Source of the DNA: Selaginella moellendorffii
Lineage: Eukaryota > Plantae > Lycopodiophyta
Reading direction: 5' to 3'
Length of the DNA: 64,000 nt
NCBI RefSeq assembly: GCF_000143415.4
Contig: NW_003314381.1
Coordinates: 1 to 64,000 of the forward strand
The position numbers were made by a program, and so were the translations under genes. Position 1 is the stretch's first letter. Each line of letters begins with the position of its first letter. Below are positions 60,833 through 64,000 of this stretch, piece after piece. The notes below the pieces were generated by a model, which was not told the DNA's origin, ran no database searches, and worked only from the letters and a program-made list of their open reading frames with translations.

Positions 60833-62228
60833 ATGACGATGATGGATGCAGTAATGAGCTCGGGTCGATTAATCAACACGCAGTCGTGGCCGATAGGCGA
60901 TGTTGGCGACGCTCGGCGAGCTCGTCCCACGTCCTGGAGGACGACAACGCGTGCGGTGAATGGAAACGCTGTCTTGGCTCCCGAGAGATTTCCTGGCTCT
61001 GGCTCGCTGCTCGAGCGCTCGAGCTACTGCCCTCGAAGGAACGTGGAGAGTTTCAGTATCAGAAGCTACGAAGTGGGAGAAAATCGCAAAATTTCAATTG
61101 CAACTCTTGCTAATCTTCTCCAGGTACGTGATGTTCTCTTTTCCTGTTGCGTTGTTTCTTGGTGATCACACTTTGCATTTTTATGCAGGAGGTGGCTTGC
61201 AATCACGCTCGTAATAACGGCTTCTCTGTGGACGGCTTCGCGACCACTCTGTCAATGAGGAAGTATGGATTGATATGGGTTATCACACGGATCCACATAG
61301 AAGTCGAGGAGTATCCTAAATGGTACTAGAACTTTGATCAATACCGCTGCTCTTTGTGCTCAAAAGCTGATCGATTTTTTTCCTTGTTCAGGGGAGACAA
61401 CATCGAGATTGATTCATGGTTCCAGTTCCAAGGCAAAAACGGTACTAGACGGGACTGGAGAGTGACAAACACGAGAACCGGAAAAGTGATCGCAAGAGCT
61501 ACGAGGTAAGTTCTTTCAAGTCTAAAAGAAACTTAGCCAGAAAGATTTTTAAAAAACAATTTCTTGCAGCACTTTCGCTCTGATGAACGAGCAGACTCGT
61601 CGCTTGGCTCGAATCAATGACGACGTTCGGAACGAGTTTTGCCTTTACGTCTTGCATCCGCCAAGGTGAAGAAAAAAACAATTTTTTGAAGAGATCTCGT
61701 GATAAATAAGATCTGTTTAATTGTAGTTGGGTTTTCGTGGACGACGCTGTCACCAAGAAGCCAATCTCCAAGCTCAGCGAGTACCAGCACGTCAAAGAGA
61801 ACTTAAAAGTAAGTATCACAATTCGTCTTGAAAAGTTTGTGTCCCTAGATTCATTGTGTTTTCCTCTTTGCAGCCCTCTCTTGCGGACTTAGACATGAAC
61901 CAACACGTAAACAACGCAACTTACATGAACTGGATACTCGAGGCAAGTTCATTTCACTCGATCCAATCTCCAGACAACAGAACTAATCTAATCTTCTCTT
62001 TTTCAGAGCTTGCCCCGGGAAGTTCACACCAAGAACGAGCTCAACTCAATGACACTCGAGTTTAGATGCGAGTGCAAACGAGAAAACACGATCAATGCCT
62101 GTTCCAGCCTCGAGATCGATGACAAGAACGACGAATCAAGCTCCACTTTCACGCACCTCTTATATCTGGTTGGTAGCGACAAAGAAGTGAGCAGGAGTCG
62201 AACAACGTGGAGAAAACCAAGCTTTTAG
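60833..62228 (+). CDS. Plastid acyl-ACP thioesterase (FatA/FatB family), multi-exon
   Basis: FSIRSYEVG, NLLQ|EVACNH, GFATT, LIWVITR, YPKWGD, GTRRDW, DLDMNQHVNN, EFRCEC; GC-AG intron at about 61943. Confidence 0.93.
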
Positions 62229-62472
62229 AAAATTGATAAATTCTTGTTCAGTTCAGTTGAAGAATTTTGGTCAGGCAGGGCTTTAGCAAAATCCTCATTG
62301 AAGACTAGATATTTGGGTTATTCGAAAGACAGGCTATACTAGCAAGTGCAAGACTATCCTAAACCAGCAAGAGTAAAATCAAGTATCCAATAGTTCTTAA
62401 GTTTAATATATATTTTTATTATTTTATTTACATTTATAAATTATTTTCTTCAAAAGAATATTGATTTCACTT

Positions 62473-64000
62473 TGTGAGTGTATGGAATATGGAAAGGGAA
62501 TACAAGAAATATATATATCTAACTTATATAGAAGAGTGAGTAGTTTGGATTGAAACCAATCTGACATTTACCAAAATCCTATTATGATAATATACTATAA
62601 CATCATAATTGTACACTTAGACTTTATATCATCCCCTCATCTCAGAATGATGGAAGCCCGTCATGGTTCTTTCATGAATGGGCCAGAACATTAGGGGGAG
62701 GCATTAGTGGATTTATAGATGGTGCTAATTATTCTTAATCCCTTTGTACGAAACATTTTAGCTGCTGCACATACACAATTTTTGGAGGATCTGCTTGTTG
62801 AACGTCATGCCGAACCTCATAAACTTGTAGTCCAACTTACCACAACACTCAATATAGTCCTTTCCACTGAGTAAGAAGCCCTTTAGATAAACCACATATC
62901 GTAAAATAGGGAAAACAAATTAACACCAAGTCATCCACTTTCTACTTTGCAAGTGGATGATGATGGGAATTGTAGTGCCATTATTGTCCCACTTGCATGC
63001 GGCAAGGTGTTTAGTAAATTTTGTTCTGACAAGATGCTTGTCAAATATTGATCCCACAACCTAGCATCACTTGCCCACGGCAATTATAAAAGTAAACCCA
63101 ACTCCGTTGGCAATATTGGATCATGACCATATAATAGTTTGGTGAAACATCAATAAAACTTTACACTTCTATAACATACATATACCGAAGAGATGGCAAA
63201 TAACCATCCTAATTCGAATGCTAAAAGTTCACATACTTCGCGATCATCCTTTTAAAGGTCCAAATGAGCCGTTCCACCAAACTATATAACTATAGATGAT
63301 AAGCACTTGTGAAAGTGTGGCGTATCCCCAACCAAGGCGTCAAAACGTGAAATGCCTCAGCCATAAATGTAGGACCATTATTTAAAAAAATCTGCTTCAA
63401 ACAGAAATGTTGGAACACCACTCTATTGAGGAGGAAGTATCTAACAGCAGTTATAGATGCATTAGCAAAATCACTAACTTCCACCCAACAAGTCAAGTAG
63501 TCAGAAGCAATAATATTATACTCATTGCCAGCAGTTAATCATGAAAAATGCCCCATTAAATCAAATGCCATCAACTCAAAAGGACAGGTAACTGCAATTT
63601 ACTCCAACCGCCTTTCCGCAACACGAGGGGGAGTATTACAAGCTTGGCACCAAACGCAATTATACATATACCAATTAACATCATAATGCATCTCTAGCTA
63701 ATAGAAATATTTGAGTAGCTTTTCGATCACACAATGATGTCCCATATGCCCCCCTAGAATAGGAGAATCATGGTAGGCATGAAAAAACGTGGAATAAAGA
63801 TCGAAGGCACCACTAGCCGTAAACGATTATCAAGATCTATCCCCACAAAAATAAATAAAGTTGTCCTCAAGGCGATATTGAGAATGTAAATGCCAGAATG
63901 GCAAATCATCAATAAATGATGCAAAATTCTTAAACAAATCTCGAAGCTTTCGAATCCATGGCTCAATATTTTGAGCTTCGCGAGCCTCATCAAGAGAAGG
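62473..64000 (-). mobile_element. Gypsy family A degenerate 3' portion (LTR 62473-62628, PPT, integrase)
   Basis: Reverse-complement similarity to 46100-47640 and 5830-7331. Confidence 0.88.

Overview
Eukaryotic land-plant genomic DNA, most likely a lycophyte such as Selaginella. This is inferred from the very short introns, compact gene island, short-motif PLS-PPR gene and a Tat-type gypsy with PR-aRH-RT order. Bases 1-47.6 kb are a nested transposon block. It holds several Ty3/gypsy LTR elements (one near-intact), a solo LTR and a full copy of a minisatellite-bearing LTR family, a 5S-rRNA-containing Cassandra-type TRIM, a 900-bp tandem repeat and an N gap. Bases 47.7-62.3 kb are a dense gene island: two tandem ABP1 genes, an SD2-type G-lectin receptor kinase, two LIP1-like lipases, tRNA-Asp, an nsLTP, a PPR gene, a small putative mitochondrial protein and an acyl-ACP thioesterase. 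The most striking object is a 13.4-kb DNA transposon (8109-21489) with perfect 24-bp TIRs and a 4-bp GTAT TSD. It encodes a Sola-like DDD transposase and, divergently, a long multi-exon cargo gene (ParB/Srx-like domain, degenerate DNA-methyltransferase-like fold, acidic tract, FCP1-like HAD phosphatase). It also carries about 25 copies of a 22-bp palindrome (ATGGCRTGWGGCCWCAYGCCAT) found in introns, UTRs and coding exons. All domain calls were made by eye from motifs; no searches were run.
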